Assembly: GCA_025558095.1 (NCBI GenBank)
Contig: JAIVFI010000015.1
Location: forward strand, 496,001-560,000
Reading direction: 5' to 3'
Length of the DNA stretch: 64,000 bases
Origin: Hyaloraphidium curvatum SAG 235-1
Taxonomy: Eukaryota; Fungi; Monoblepharomycota
Both the position numbers and the translations under genes were made by a program. Every line of letters begins with the position of its first letter. Position 1 is the stretch's first letter. Below are positions 12,642 to 24,630 of the stretch, in pieces. Below the pieces are notes generated by a model. The model made no database searches. It saw only the letters and a program-made list of their open reading frames with translations, and was not told the origin of the DNA.

Positions 12642-15010
12642 TCACACCAGCTTCACAGCCGCGTCCCCGGCGTCCATGCTGACCGCCTTCTCGCTCACGA
12701 CGTACTTCTGCTCCTTGCCCATCGTCAGCAGCGACGTCAGGCTCGAGACCGTGCTGGGCAGGGTCATGAAGAGCACGGCGCCGACGGGGAGGAAGGCGTA
12801 GTCCCGGTACGAAAACCACTTCCGCACGGAGCGGTCGTCGTCCCTCTTCTGGTGCAGCTCCCTGTCCACGAAGCGCACGTACGATTCGTAGAGCAGCACG
12901 TTGATGATCATGGGTATAATGAGGGCGACCGAGAGCGCGTTGACGGTCCAGTAGAGCGCCATGAACTGCGCGCTGCCGGCAAAGAGCGAGGCGCCGCCGG
13001 CGATCTGCAGGATAGGCACGCCGAGGAACATGAGCCAACCCGAGGTCAGGGGGATCAGGTGCGCCTCGAGCACGTGGAAGCAGCAGAGCAGGCGGGCCAT
13101 GAAAATGCGCCATTCCGACGGGCTCGCCGTCAGAAGCATGCGCAAGAGTCCGCCTTGGCCTCGGAAGGTCGAACGCAGGGCGTAGGCGACGTCCGCGGAG
13201 CCGTAGTAGTGCCGCTTCGCCTGCACGTAGCGCGCCCACATGTCCGCGAGGTAGCCGCGGTTCGTGGCGACGTTGGTCAGGTTGATCGGCACCCAAATGG
13301 GGTGCCCGCGCGCCATGCCGCTGGTCGCGAAATAGCACTTCAACAGCCTGGAAGGGAGAGGGCGTGGTCAAAACGAGATCATCGCAACCAACGTCAAGCA
13401 ACCCACATGTGCATGTCCTCGCCGATGGCGTTGAAGCCGGTGTCCCAGTACCCGACCTTCTCCGCGAGCACCATGCTCAGCGAGTAGGTCGAGCACGGGA
13501 AGTTCATTCCGCGCGAGTTGGACAGGTTCTGCGCCACCATGACGCTCCAGATGTAGTCCGTCACCCTCACGCTGGCGGGGACCTCGTGCGCGTTGCGCGC
13601 AAAGATCATGGGGGGCGAGAAGATGGTCATGTACGGATCGTCGACGTCCCGCATGGCGCGCTCGAGGCAGGTGACGTAGAGCTCGGGGATGGACGAGTCC
13701 GCGTCCGTGACCGTGACCACGAGCTGCTTGAGCGACATGTCCGAGACCGATCGCAGGTGCGCGTTGGCGAATCGGACCGCCCAGTTGACTGCCGACGGGA
13801 AACGGCGGGAGTTAGAAAACGCCCAAAAGATCGCCGAAGAAAAATGCGCGAACGGCGCGCCGCCATCAACTCCCGAGACGTCGATCGACCCGGTTTTTGA
13901 GCCGGAAACGTCTGTTCACGACCCATTCGGTCGGGTGCGCCACACCGTCACGCCACCCGCCCAAACACCACAGGTACCCACCATTGCTCCCCTTCCCCCT
14001 TGCCTCGCCGGGGATACCCGCCGGGTGCACGCTGACGACCAACTCGCGGAACCGGCCGCGGTACTCGTGGTACAGCGTCGCAGCCTTGGTGTCGTGGCCC
14101 TTCTCGGTGGCCTCCATGGCCAGCACCAGGACGTAGTTCGTGCGCGCGTACTTGTGCTGGGGGATCGGAACACGACATTGCGGAGCGTTTGGTGAGGTTC
14201 GCGCGAACGGATGGCGAGTTGGACGGAAGGCGCCGAATCATGACGTAAAAGGAAGGCGTCAGTCCGGGATCGGCGTGGACCCGAAACGCCGCCGCTCACC
14301 GCCGCTAGCCGAGAAATGGTCGATCGGAGCATTTCGAGGGGCTCCTCGTAGTTGGGGATGATGAACATGTGGATGTAGGAGCCGGCGGAATCCTGCGACA
14401 GGCCGGGTCAGCACCGTCATTGTTTGCCACCGGCCCCCGGCTCCACCCCCCCAGCGCCCTGCTAATGGCCCCGCATGACCCCATAGAAGGTCCGGCAAGG
14501 GCATCGGAGGCGCCGTCGGGGCGGCAGACCGGGGGACGGGAAGGCGACCGGGGGACCCACCCGCATCAGCTTCTCCTCCTCGCCGCCGCTCGACGACTCG
14601 GCGATGGTGCGCTTCACTCTGGAGGCACTCAAGCTCCACTTGTAGGTGTGGGTCATTGATAGGCAGACGAAGGAGGCGAAGTAGAGGAGGAGGAAGACGA
14701 GGTAGATTTTGGGCGCCAGGAGCGGGCCCAGGAAGAGCACGGCGATGGCGCACAGCGCCGAGAGCGGCACGATGAGGTCGTAGCCGTCGAAGCCCTGCGG
14801 GGAGCCGGGCGAGGAGGGGGGCACGGGGTAGGAGAGCTGCGACGACGACAGCGACATGGCGAGGGTCGAGGTCGACGACGCCGGCTCGCGGGCGGGAGAG
14901 CCGCCGGACGGCGTCGGCGTATTTCTGCGCACGATGCCGCCCTCGTACGGGGCGTCGTCTGTGGGCGAGCCGGGCGACGCCGAGCGCGGCGACGGCACGG
15001 GGGTCGGCAT
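12642..15010 (-). CDS. Membrane glycosyltransferase family 2-like (intron-containing)
   Basis: IIPNYEE, GEARGKGSN, VTDADS (DxD), STYSLS, IGEDMH, QAKRH (QxxRW variant), N- and C-terminal TM segments. Confidence 0.75.
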
Positions 15011-16719
15011 TGTTGGAGCGAGTCCGGCGCCCGGGGCTCGGTGCCTTGTTTCCGGGTTCCGCGGAATTAAACGCCTCGGTCCGGGTGCGGCGGCGCTAGC
15101 GCATCGGGCGCGGGCGCGGCGGCGGGCGGTTCGGCTGCTGGGCCGGCCGGGGTCGGGCGGCCCCGCGGGCGCGGCGCGCGGCGGATCACGGGCCGCGCGG
15201 GTGCGCCCTGCGAAAAGGACGCCGGGCGCCGGCGCGGAGGGCGCGGGGGGCGGGGGCGCGGGCGGGGGCGAATGGGGGAAGAAACGGCCTGTGAACGCAC
15301 GTCAAACCGCCGCGGCTTGGATGCCGGCTGCGCCAGCCCCAAACACACCGCCCCAACCAGCAAGGCCGCCAGTCGAGCGCCTCGGAAACGGGACGTATCT
15401 GCTCGTCTGCAATGGATGCGCTGTCCGGCGAGCCCTGGAGCGTGCTGACGTGCGGCAGGGGGGATCGACCCACTAGGGAGGGATCGTGTTCGCGGCTGAA
15501 TTTGAAGACGCACGGAGTGCACCCGATCGCCTCGGAAATCATCACAATAGCTTGTCTTCATCCAAAACCGTCCAGCCGAGGTCGCGAAGTGGTTCCGGGG
15601 GCTCTCTCGGCCGGGGCAGGACACGGGTGGCGCCGGTTTCCGCGGATCGGGAGATCGGACGGGGCCGAAAAGCGGATCGTCCAAAGTTTGCCATTCAATT
15701 TGTCGTTTGCGATGCACAGGACGCCTATCGACGGTGGATGTTCGGCCGTATCGGGGGATCGCCTTCTGTTTGCTGCGGGCGGCAACACGACCCGCGAAGT
15801 TCCGCAAACACGGGAACCTCGCAGGCGCGCCATGCAGGCTCGGATCGGGACATTTGGCACCTGGATCAAAGCGTCTCCGGTTCAAGAAACAGCTTCGACG
15901 TTGGGCGACGGGCGACGGGCCGCACCGGCGCTCCGGACCCCCTCCAAACATTGTCCCACCTTGTTTGGCTCGTCGGTTCTCGGAGCTCATCCGTCCGGCG
16001 GCCTCGGGATCGCTGTGAAATGCTTGGAAAAGCCTTGCAGAGCTCTGGCTGGATGGAGAAACACACCCGCGGCCTCCGGGTCCAGGGGGCCGCGTGACCT
16101 GGTTCCAAAGAAACAATTGAACGAAATCGAAGACCAGGTCGGCCGCCTGCTGCTATTGGGCAAGCTTTGGAAGCAGGGAGCTCGGCGCAGCAATTCAGCA
16201 GCTCCGTGTGGTGCCTCACAGCGGTGCTGCGGCGTTCGTAGTGGACCGGATATCGAACGGCACACAAACAAGGCCGCGTTTGACCGACGTGTCCAGATCT
16301 ATCAGGCTCCTAACACACGCGGCGTGGACCCTCGGCGGCACCATCAATTGCATGGAAGCTAGCACGGAACAAGGCAGTTGACCTTGCACGATCAGCGTGT
16401 TTTCACGGGATAACGCTGCCAAGCGTAACAGGGGACTCAGATCTCGAAGCTAGGCGATCGCTGGAAGCATCGTAGGCTCGTTAGGCTGGCGAATGCAATG
16501 GAAGATGCCAGATCGTTGCTTCGGATCCTCTTCCTATGTCCATTCCCCGTTCGAACTCTCGAAGACACACTCTCCTTTCTCACTTCTGCCATCCTTGCTT
16601 GCTGACCATCATAGATGCTTCTGCATAGGCATGCCGCGACACGCCGCCTCGAAAGCGATCGATCCTGTTCGGCTCTCAGAGCATCCACCTCCCTCCTCGC
16701 CCTTTTTTCCTCCGGAACC

Positions 16720-18859
16720 ATGGCGGGCCCGCCCAACGCCGAGCTGCTAGAGTTCCACGACCTCGTGGTTGGCCTGGTCCACGTCAAACCCGGGGTCGTC
16801 CCGACCCCCGAGGTGCTTCCCCCGCCCCGGCAACCCCCCCGCTCCTCTGACCCCCGATCCAGGACAAATCCCTCTTCCTCCGCACCCTCGAGTTCGTCCG
16901 CGGCGCGCGCACGGCCGAGGTCAAGATGGAGGCCGCGGACAAGGTGGCGCGGTGGTTCGCGTGCTTCCCCGAGGCCGGGGAGCAGGCGTTCGACGTTGTG
17001 ATTGTGGGTCGACTTTCCATCCCCGGTCTTTCTCCCGCATTGCGCGCGATCTGACCATTGTTTCAGGATCTTTTGGAAGACCCTTCGGTGCCTGTCCGCC
17101 TCCGCGCCATCTCTCGCCTCCCCTTGCTCGGTGAGCCTTCTTCACCTCGCTGGATCACTGGAACTGACCCCCGTCCAGCCCACGGATCCGCGGGCCACAA
17201 TTTCTCGTGGAAAATCGGCGACCTCCTCACCCAGCTGCTCGGGGACGCCGAGGGCGAGGAGGTCGAGGCGGTCGAGGGCGCGCTGAAGGAGGTGCTCCGG
17301 TCCGGGGACGCCCCCGGTACGTCCCCGCCCACCGTGGCGCGGGAACCCCGCTCACCCGCCCGCGCGGCAGAGGTGCTCAAGGGCATGGTCGATTGCGTCG
17401 TGGGGCGCGAGAAAGGGCGGAGGGTGGGACTGAAGTTCCTGGCGGAGAAGGTCGTCCCCGCCGGGCTGCTACCGGCGCAGCACGCGGGGTACCTGGGGCA
17501 GCTCCTCCGCGGGGCGCTCGAGGCCGGCGGGGCGGGAGAGGAGTTTGAGCTGTATGCTTCGCTGCTGGGGAAGTTGGAGGGCGGGGACGGGATGGGGGAC
17601 CTCTACCTAACCGAGGCGAAGAAGAGGGCGGAGGGTCTGGACGTGGGTGCCATTGCCGGCAGCGGTTCGCCGATTGCGCTGACCGTGGCCAATTCTGACA
17701 GCCTGCGGACGCGGAGAAGGTGTCGTCCTTGATCTCGCTCGCTCGGCCGGTCGTCCCGCTCGCCAAGCGCGGCGCCGCCGCGCCGGCTGGCAAGATGGCC
17801 GCGCTCCTCCTCCCCCTCTTTGACTCGGAACGCTACGGCAAGCTTGCTTCCAAACACCAGACCGGTCTGCCGCGTCTGACGGCGGATCTTGTCGAGGCGG
17901 GCGGTGCTACGTCGTTGGACGGCGCACCGAAGGCTTGGGAAACCGCTTCGGCTCTTTTCAAGGTCGGCACCAGCCGCGGCGCAGATCGAAGTGCGGAATC
18001 TGACCCAGTCATCCAGCACCTTGCTTCCCCCGAATCACCCGACCTCGCGCGAATCGAGCCCGCCGCCTTTCTCCTCCTCCGCGCCTCTGCGAAAGCCCCG
18101 AAGTCGGCGCTTTCGGACGACCAGGAGCTCTCCTCGCGGTGGGTCCTTCCGTCTTTACCGTTCCGAGCCCCGCTGACCGCGGCGATCGCAGAATACGGCA
18201 CGTGTACCAGGCTGCGCAGGACCAGGCGGCCGAGCTGCGGGCGCGGAAGGCGGCCGTCGTGCCGGGACCGGGCGCGGGCGAGGTTCGTGGACAGCACCTT
18301 TGCTGCCTTGCCCTCCGTCTGACCTGTCGGCCACCCACCGCAGATCCTGGCCAAGCTGGATAAGCAGCTCGCGGCGGCGGACAACGCCTTTGCGCTGGTC
18401 AAGGAGCTGCTGAAGCCGTTCGGGACGCGGGGCATGGTCGCCGTCAAGTTTTCGTGGAGACCGCCGGCGCCGCCCGAGCCGCCGAAGCCCGCGGAAAAAC
18501 GGAAGGCGGAGGAACCCACGGTCCCGGCCAAGAAGCCGGCGACGGGGGACGGCAAGGCGGGGAAACCGCAGGCCGCACCCGGACAAAAGGGCCAGCCGGC
18601 CCAGGGCGCAAAGGGAGGGCAGCAGCAGGGGGCAAAAGGGGGGCAGCAGCAGGGCGCAAAGGGGGGCCAGCAGCAGGGCCAGAGGGGACAGCAGGGCGCC
18701 AAGCCGCAGCAGCAGGCCGGCAAGGGCCCGCAGCAGCAGGCAAAGGGGGGCCAAAAGGGACAGCCGGGGCCGCAGAACCGGCCCAAGCAGAACGGGGCGG
18801 CGAACGCGAACGGAGCCGCGGGAGGCGCGCAGGGCGGGCCGAAGAGGGCGAAGCAATAG
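16720..18859 (+). CDS. Apoptosis inhibitor 5 (API5/AAC-11)-like HEAT/ARM protein with Q/G/K-rich tail
   Basis: Spliced exons give KMEAADKVARWFACFPEAGEQAFDVVI/DLLEDPSVPVRLRAISRLP...KIGDLLTQLL...EVEAVEGAL and a late VKFSW, resembling API5 as recalled. Confidence 0.65.
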
Positions 18860-18981
18860 CATGTGCCGTTCTCGAGATACATGGGTCGTTCCCGTATCGC
18901 AGAATGGAAGAGAGTTCCGAGTCCGAGATCAGTCTCCTTTCATGACACAGTTGTCCGGCCCAGCCGTCCTCAGCAGTCATT

Positions 18982-19440
18982 CTAGACGTTCAGGTTCTCG
19001 CAATAGCACCAGCTGGGCCTCAAGATCTCCCCCGGCGGCCGAATGGTGACGGACGCCTCGTTCTTCTTCCCCTTGACCTTCAGCGCCACGGCGAGGCCAT
19101 CGCTCTCGACCCTGCAGGCCTTCCGCATCCCATCCTCGTGGTGGAACTCGACGATCGCGGCCGATGCCGCCGTCTCCCTCACTTTGGGCCGGGAGGAGAG
19201 CCACTGGGCGTAGGTGCACGCCCCACCGTCCGGCTTTGAAAAGGAGAACTCGAGCGAGCCCGAGTGCTCCCTCCCTCGCGTGTTGAGGGCCACCTCGGCG
19301 ACGGTGCCCATGCGGAACACGGTGTGGTTCCCGTGGTGCGGCTGCGGCCCTTCGTGGATCTTGCTTCGCCAGTCGTAGGTGACTGTGAGAACCTCCCCTG
19401 GGAAACCCTCGGGGGACTGCTTCGTCCCGCCGGACAGCAT
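18982..19440 (-). CDS. Hypothetical protein
   Basis: 152 aa ORF with GC3-rich codons between two genes; no recognisable motif; start uncertain. Confidence 0.35.
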   Translation of the reverse strand: MLSGGTKQSPEGFPGEVLTVTYDWRSKIHEGPQPHHGNHTVFRMGTVAEVALNTRGREHSGSLEFSFSKPDGGACTYAQWLSSRPKVRETAASAAIVEFHHEDGMRKACRVESDGLAVALKVKGKKNEASVTIRPPGEILRPSWCYCENLNV

Positions 19441-19729
19441 CGAGACAGCTGGCTGGCGGCCGTTGAGCCGTCTCGTCGCTCTCAGGCACGACGAAATAGG
19501 GTTCGGCGGTGGCTTCGTGAAGGGGATGAGTCGGCGGTCGGTGGCCGGACAAACAAATCAATACACTGACCACCGCTATCCGTTATCTCCTTTCCATCCG
19601 GCTTGGGTTGATTTCGGGAGACGGAGAGCGCCTCGGAGGACCCTGACTGGACGGTGCTGATTTGGCCGGGGACGGTTCAGCTGCACCGCAATCCGGCTCC
19701 GCATCGCATTCCCGCCTGGCCTGGCAGCG

Positions 19730-22396
19730 ATGGCGTCGCCCGTGCTGAGCGAGGCGATGGCGGCGTCGCTGCTCTCTCCGCCGCGCGGCCGCGGCGCCGC
19801 GGGGCACAAGGCGGCCGTCGACCGCGGCCGCGACATTGCCGCCCGCCCGCCCGCGGAGGCCGTCGCGGGGCTGCCCGCCGTGCACGCAAAGGGCGACTCC
19901 GTCGAGCTCGCCGCGCTGGTCCGCGGCTCCGACGCCGGGTCCTCCTACGACGTCCGCGTAAAGTTCGACGTCTCGGACGGCAAATCGCTGCAGGCCTCGT
20001 GCTCGTGCCCGGCCGCCGCAAAGGGGCCGAGCCTGTGCAAGCACGGCGCTGCGCTTGTTCTCATGTACGCAAAGGACCCTGGCGGCTTCAAAAGGACGGA
20101 TAGGGGACTGTCCCCGGGGCCATCGCCAAGGCGGAGGGAGCTCACACCGGCGCCCAGCATCGAGGAGGTCGAGCACCGCGAGCGGGACGGGGACCGCCGC
20201 GAGATTGCGCTCGGGGAGCCGCTGCCGACGCGGTGCGATTGCGGGCAACCGCTGGGGAAACCGACCAAGGTGACAAAGAACACGGAGAACAAGGGCCGAT
20301 ATTTCCTGGGCTGCCCAAAGTTCCGGACCAGGGATCGCGCGGAAAAATGCGGCTACTTCGTCTGGGTCTCGGAAGAGGCCGCGATGGCCGCGCTGTCGCC
20401 GCCGAAACCGACAAACTCGGGAACGACCTTGACGCCTCCAATGTCGCAGCCGCCCGAGGACGCGGCGCTGCCGACGCCGGCACCCACGGGCGCGGACCCA
20501 TCTTTTGCAGCCAAGAGGAGCCGGAGGAAGAAGGTGGCCGAGTTTGCCGACGACGTTCCCGAGGCGGACGAGGCGCCAAAGGCTGCTGACGGAGCGAAAG
20601 CAGCGGGTTCGCCAAAGGCCCCGCCGGAACAGTTAAAGGACGAACGACGGACGGTGAAAGCCGACGACTCGGATTCCGAAACTGGCGACGAGGCACCGGC
20701 AAAGACTCGCAAGCGGACGCGCCGCGCGAGCCCAGCTGCTCCGAGCAAGAGGGCGAGGACCTCGCGAGCGGGGCCCGAAGACGAGCCGATGGAAGACAAT
20801 GCAAAGGAACCGGAGCCGAAAAGGCCGGACCCGCAGCCGGAGCCGGCGGCCACGCAGCCGATCGCGGAGGAGGAGCCGGCGAGGAAGCCCAGGGCGAGGC
20901 GGGGCACCCGCGCCGTATCGCCCGCGCCGCTTGTCGAGCCCTCGAACACGCAGCCTGCCGCGGGAAAGCCCGCTCCAAGGCGGTCCCGCGCGAAAAAGGC
21001 CCAGGAACCGTCGCAGGCGGATCTCGGAGAGGAGGAACCCGCGGCCGAGGACGGACCGCAGCCCATGGACACGCAGCCGATCGCCGAGGCCCCGGCGCGC
21101 AGGACGCGCGCGAAGCCCGGGGCAGCAGGGGAGGCCAAACCAGCTCGCACGCCGCGGAAGCCGAGGGCCAAGCCTGCCGCGTCGCCTGATCCCGAGCCCG
21201 CGGCCGACGCGGTGCACGTAGAAGCCCCCGCTTCGCCGTCGCTCACCCCGGACGCTCCGGCGGTGCTAGCACCCGAATCGCAGCCCGCCATCCTCGCACC
21301 CGAATCTCAGCCCGCCGCCGCCCCGGCGCCTGAACCCGTGCGGCCCGCCAAGCCGTCCCAGCAACCCTCCCCCGCCCGCAAGGCATTCGACGACTTCCTC
21401 GACAACCTTCTCCCGAGCCAGCCCTTGCCCTCGCTCATGGACGACCTGCCGCCGCCCGAGCCCGAGCCCAACTCCGCCGCAGTGCCGCACGCCCGGCCGA
21501 CGTCGGCCAAGTTCGACGACCTGCTGCGCGAGCTCGAGGAGCAGGTGCCCGAGACTCAGTTCGCCCCGCCGCCGGCGGACGAGATGGAGTGGTCGCCCGT
21601 GCCCGCACCTGCGCCACCCAAAGTTGCCGACACGATCGGCGAGGCGCCCGCGCCGATCGGTGCCGCGCCCGCGCCGGCGAGGATCCTCGACCCGATCGAC
21701 GAGGCGAGCACGGTATCGGTGGACAGCGACGAGACGCAGCCGCTAGACACCCGGAGGCGTAGGCCCGCCGGACCGGCGCCCGAGGTGACAGTGACGATCG
21801 TGCCGGTCCCCAACGAGCCCGAGGAGATCGAGGAGGCGGAGGAGGAGGCGCCGCGACAGGTTAAGGGGAAGCGCAAGGCGGAGGAGCAGCCGTCGGCCGC
21901 CAAGAAGAAGCCGTCCCCTGCAAAATCGCCGGCAAAGAGCTCCGCGCCGACGCCGCGGTCCCGATCGCCGTCGCCGGTTGGGGGCCGCAAGCTGCCCGGG
22001 TGGATGACGGGCGAGGCCGTGAAGAAGTCGCCGCGGGCGGCCAAGCCCAAAGCCGACAAGGAGGAGGGCAAGGCCAAGCCGGCCGCGAGGACGCCGAGGA
22101 CGAAAAAGGCGGCCAAAGACGACGAGGAAGGGGACTTGATGGACTTCGACCCCTTTGCGGCAGGGGTGGATGGTACGCAGGAGGATTCGCAGGCGTTCTT
22201 CCGGGACCCGCTGCTCTCCAAGCCGGCCGGCGCCGCGGCGAAGAAGGACGCGGGGGAGTTCAAGGCGCCCGAGCGGCCGGACCCGATCGAGGAGACGCCT
22301 CCGACGCAGGAGATGCACCCGGCGCTCAAGAAGGCCGACACCCTGTCGCAGCTGATCGACATGTACGCCGGGACGCAGCAGGGCACGCAGCACTAG
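19730..22396 (+). CDS. SWIM zinc finger + GRF zinc finger protein with long disordered S/TQ-rich tail
   Basis: ASCSCPAAAKGPSLCKHGAAL (SWIM CxCx(n)CxH); CDCG...NKGRYFLGCP...CGYFVW (GRF); intronless 888 aa. Confidence 0.8.
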   Translation: MASPVLSEAMAASLLSPPRGRGAAGHKAAVDRGRDIAARPPAEAVAGLPAVHAKGDSVELAALVRGSDAGSSYDVRVKFDVSDGKSLQASCSCPAAAKGPSLCKHGAALVLMYAKDPGGFKRTDRGLSPGPSPRRRELTPAPSIEEVEHRERDGDRREIALGEPLPTRCDCGQPLGKPTKVTKNTENKGRYFLGCPKFRTRDRAEKCGYFVWVSEEAAMAALSPPKPTNSGTTLTPPMSQPPEDAALPTPAPTGADPSFAAKRSRRKKVAEFADDVPEADEAPKAADGAKAAGSPKAPPEQLKDERRTVKADDSDSETGDEAPAKTRKRTRRASPAAPSKRARTSRAGPEDEPMEDNAKEPEPKRPDPQPEPAATQPIAEEEPARKPRARRGTRAVSPAPLVEPSNTQPAAGKPAPRRSRAKKAQEPSQADLGEEEPAAEDGPQPMDTQPIAEAPARRTRAKPGAAGEAKPARTPRKPRAKPAASPDPEPAADAVHVEAPASPSLTPDAPAVLAPESQPAILAPESQPAAAPAPEPVRPAKPSQQPSPARKAFDDFLDNLLPSQPLPSLMDDLPPPEPEPNSAAVPHARPTSAKFDDLLRELEEQVPETQFAPPPADEMEWSPVPAPAPPKVADTIGEAPAPIGAAPAPARILDPIDEASTVSVDSDETQPLDTRRRRPAGPAPEVTVTIVPVPNEPEEIEEAEEEAPRQVKGKRKAEEQPSAAKKKPSPAKSPAKSSAPTPRSRSPSPVGGRKLPGWMTGEAVKKSPRAAKPKADKEEGKAKPAARTPRTKKAAKDDEEGDLMDFDPFAAGVDGTQEDSQAFFRDPLLSKPAGAAAKKDAGEFKAPERPDPIEETPPTQEMHPALKKADTLSQLIDMYAGTQQGTQH

Positions 22397-22443
22397 GCGG
22401 CTGGAACGTCGTTTTTTCTTCGTGCTTGTTCTTGATGAATGGA

Positions 22444-23214
22444 TCACGTCACACGGACCTCTACCCGGCCGATGCCGTCCAGCTCGAACGCGAGCTCATC
22501 TCCAGCCTTCGGATAGACCGGAGGGACCACGCTGCCAGTGATCACTAGCATGCCCGCCCGGAGCGGCCTCCCGCGGTCCACGGCGAGGTTTGCCAACCAC
22601 GCCAGCGCCGCCAAGGGCCCGTCCGTTTTGCCCTCCGTCACCGAGCCGTTGTAGTCCAGCCTTCCGGGGATCCCGTGCAGCTCCATCCCTGGGGTGCATG
22701 CGACCTCTTCGCCTAGAACCATGCCGGCGTTCCACGCGTTGTCGGCGATCAACGAGAACGCCTTCGTTTCGGAGTAGACTGCGCAGCGGTCCTCAACCAC
22801 CTCAAAAGCCGGAGCCACTCCCGCAACAGCAAATTGCACGTTCTTCGCCGTCCACGGTGTCCCGCGATCCCCGAGGTCCGCACCGAGCTTCACCGCGAGC
22901 TCGCACTCGAGCACCAGGCGCACGAAGTCCCCGGAAGCCAGTGTAGCCGGCGTCCGCCTCATTTGCGAGGCAAACACGGCACCGGCTGTCGGATGGCCGA
23001 TTCCCATGAGCTTTTGCATCACCGGCGTGGTCGTCGCGATCTTGAGGGCACCGATGGGTCCCAGCTCCGGGGTGAGAAGGTCGTGGAGCGCTTCCTGCGC
23101 TGCATAAGCGGCCGACACGTCCGGGGGTGCGAGCTCCTCGGGGAGATTCGCGTAGGGCAGCCGCTGCGAGCGCTGCGAGGCTATCCAGCGCGCTGCTGCG
23201 TCCGGGTCGAACAT
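22444..23214 (-). CDS. 2-keto-4-pentenoate hydratase (MhpD)-like, FAH superfamily, intronless
   Basis: AAYAAQ, ALKIATT, LECELAVKLG, PAFEVVEDR, LIADNAWNAG, GPLAALAWLAN, GMLVITGS. Confidence 0.8.
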   Translation of the reverse strand: MFDPDAAARWIASQRSQRLPYANLPEELAPPDVSAAYAAQEALHDLLTPELGPIGALKIATTTPVMQKLMGIGHPTAGAVFASQMRRTPATLASGDFVRLVLECELAVKLGADLGDRGTPWTAKNVQFAVAGVAPAFEVVEDRCAVYSETKAFSLIADNAWNAGMVLGEEVACTPGMELHGIPGRLDYNGSVTEGKTDGPLAALAWLANLAVDRGRPLRAGMLVITGSVVPPVYPKAGDELAFELDGIGRVEVRVT

Positions 23215-23608
23215 TTCAGCGTAGATAGATAGACGTGGGTGACACTTTTGAGAGCTGCGATCACACAAGCTGCGAACAGCCGTGGAGGACATCGGGAGCT
23301 TCCAACACCATCTTCGAAAGTCTTTTGCTGCAATGTATCACTTGATGGGTGATTGGGGAACGACTTGTATTGCGACGCTCTAAGTGCCGAGGCGTTGGTA
23401 GGTGATCGACACGACGGTTCCGTTCAACCGGGCAACGATGCTCTTGGACACAGTATCTGCTCCATGTGGGGTATCCTGATCGGTGTTCGCAGTAAAAATG
23501 GCCCTGAACGCCCGATTGGGGCCCGCTGCTTCAGGCCTGTGATTGCAGGCTTGCGGCTCCTCCCCCCAAAACCACACACCGTCACGCTTCGGAATCCCCG
23601 TCCGAGCG

Positions 23609-24473
23609 ATGGCAGACGAGATTGTACGTTCGCTAGCAGAGCTCGCATTGCGACCAGCCCTCTGATGTCCCGACGCAGGTGGCAACGTTCAAGATTCTCC
23701 TCATCGGAGACAGCGGGACGGGCAAGTCGTCGCTCCTGCTGCGGTTCTGCGACGACGCCTGGCTCCAGCCGGACGAGGTCGCCGCAACAATCGGCGTCGA
23801 CTTCAAGGTCAAGATCGTGGACGTGGACTCCAAGAAGTACAAGCTCACGATATGGGTGAGTGCGGCCACGGGCGCCGGAGGTCACGGGTCTGACTGCCCC
23901 CCGTTTCTGGGACCTCTGTTGGGAACGACGCAACTGCTATGTGCTGCTCGGACGTATCGGTCTCTCTTTGGTACCCGCAATCTAGGATACCGCGGGGCAG
24001 GAGCGGTTCCGGACCTTGACGAGCTCCTACTACCGCGGGGCGCAGGGCGTCATCCTGGTCTACGATGTGACTTCCCGCGCAACGTTTGAGCACCTTCCGA
24101 CGTGGTTCAACGAGCTCGAGACGTACTCCTCGAGCAAGGACGTGATCAAGATCCTCGTCGGCAACAAGACGGACAAGGGGGACAGTACGCGGGAGGTCAC
24201 TCGGAAGGAGGGCGAGGCATTCGCGCGGAAGATGGGGACGCTGTTCATTGAGGCGTCGGCAAAGACCAAAAACGGCGTACAGGAGGCGTTCGGGGAGGTG
24301 GTGCGGAAGGTGGGTTCGAGATTGCGTTGGCAGCTGCCAATCCTGAACTCACACCTATGAATCAGATCGTCGAGACGCCTTCGTTGTGGCAGAAGGCGCC
24401 TAAGCCTGCTTCGGGCAGTGCCGTGAACCTTGGCGAACAGGACGCTGCGTCGCAATCTTCTTGCGCTTGCTGA
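23609..24473 (+). CDS. RAB18: Rab18 GTPase
   Basis: [63 protein letters not shown]-terminal CAC; 3 introns. Confidence 0.9.
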
Positions 24474-24630
24474 TGACATGGGAGGGCCTCGCTGGGGTTG
24501 TACAGGGAGCTAGAGATATTGATGCTTCGTTGATTGCTGCTGGAATGTAATAGATTGATGCCTCAATCTGCCGTGAACGCGTTGTGATGCGTCCGAAAGA
24601 AGGCCGAGGCCAACAATCGACACCAACCCG

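Noticed and set aside
15067-16700. Several 100-350 aa ORFs
   Set aside because: Overlapping on both strands with no motifs; most likely GC-rich intergenic/promoter DNA between divergent genes.
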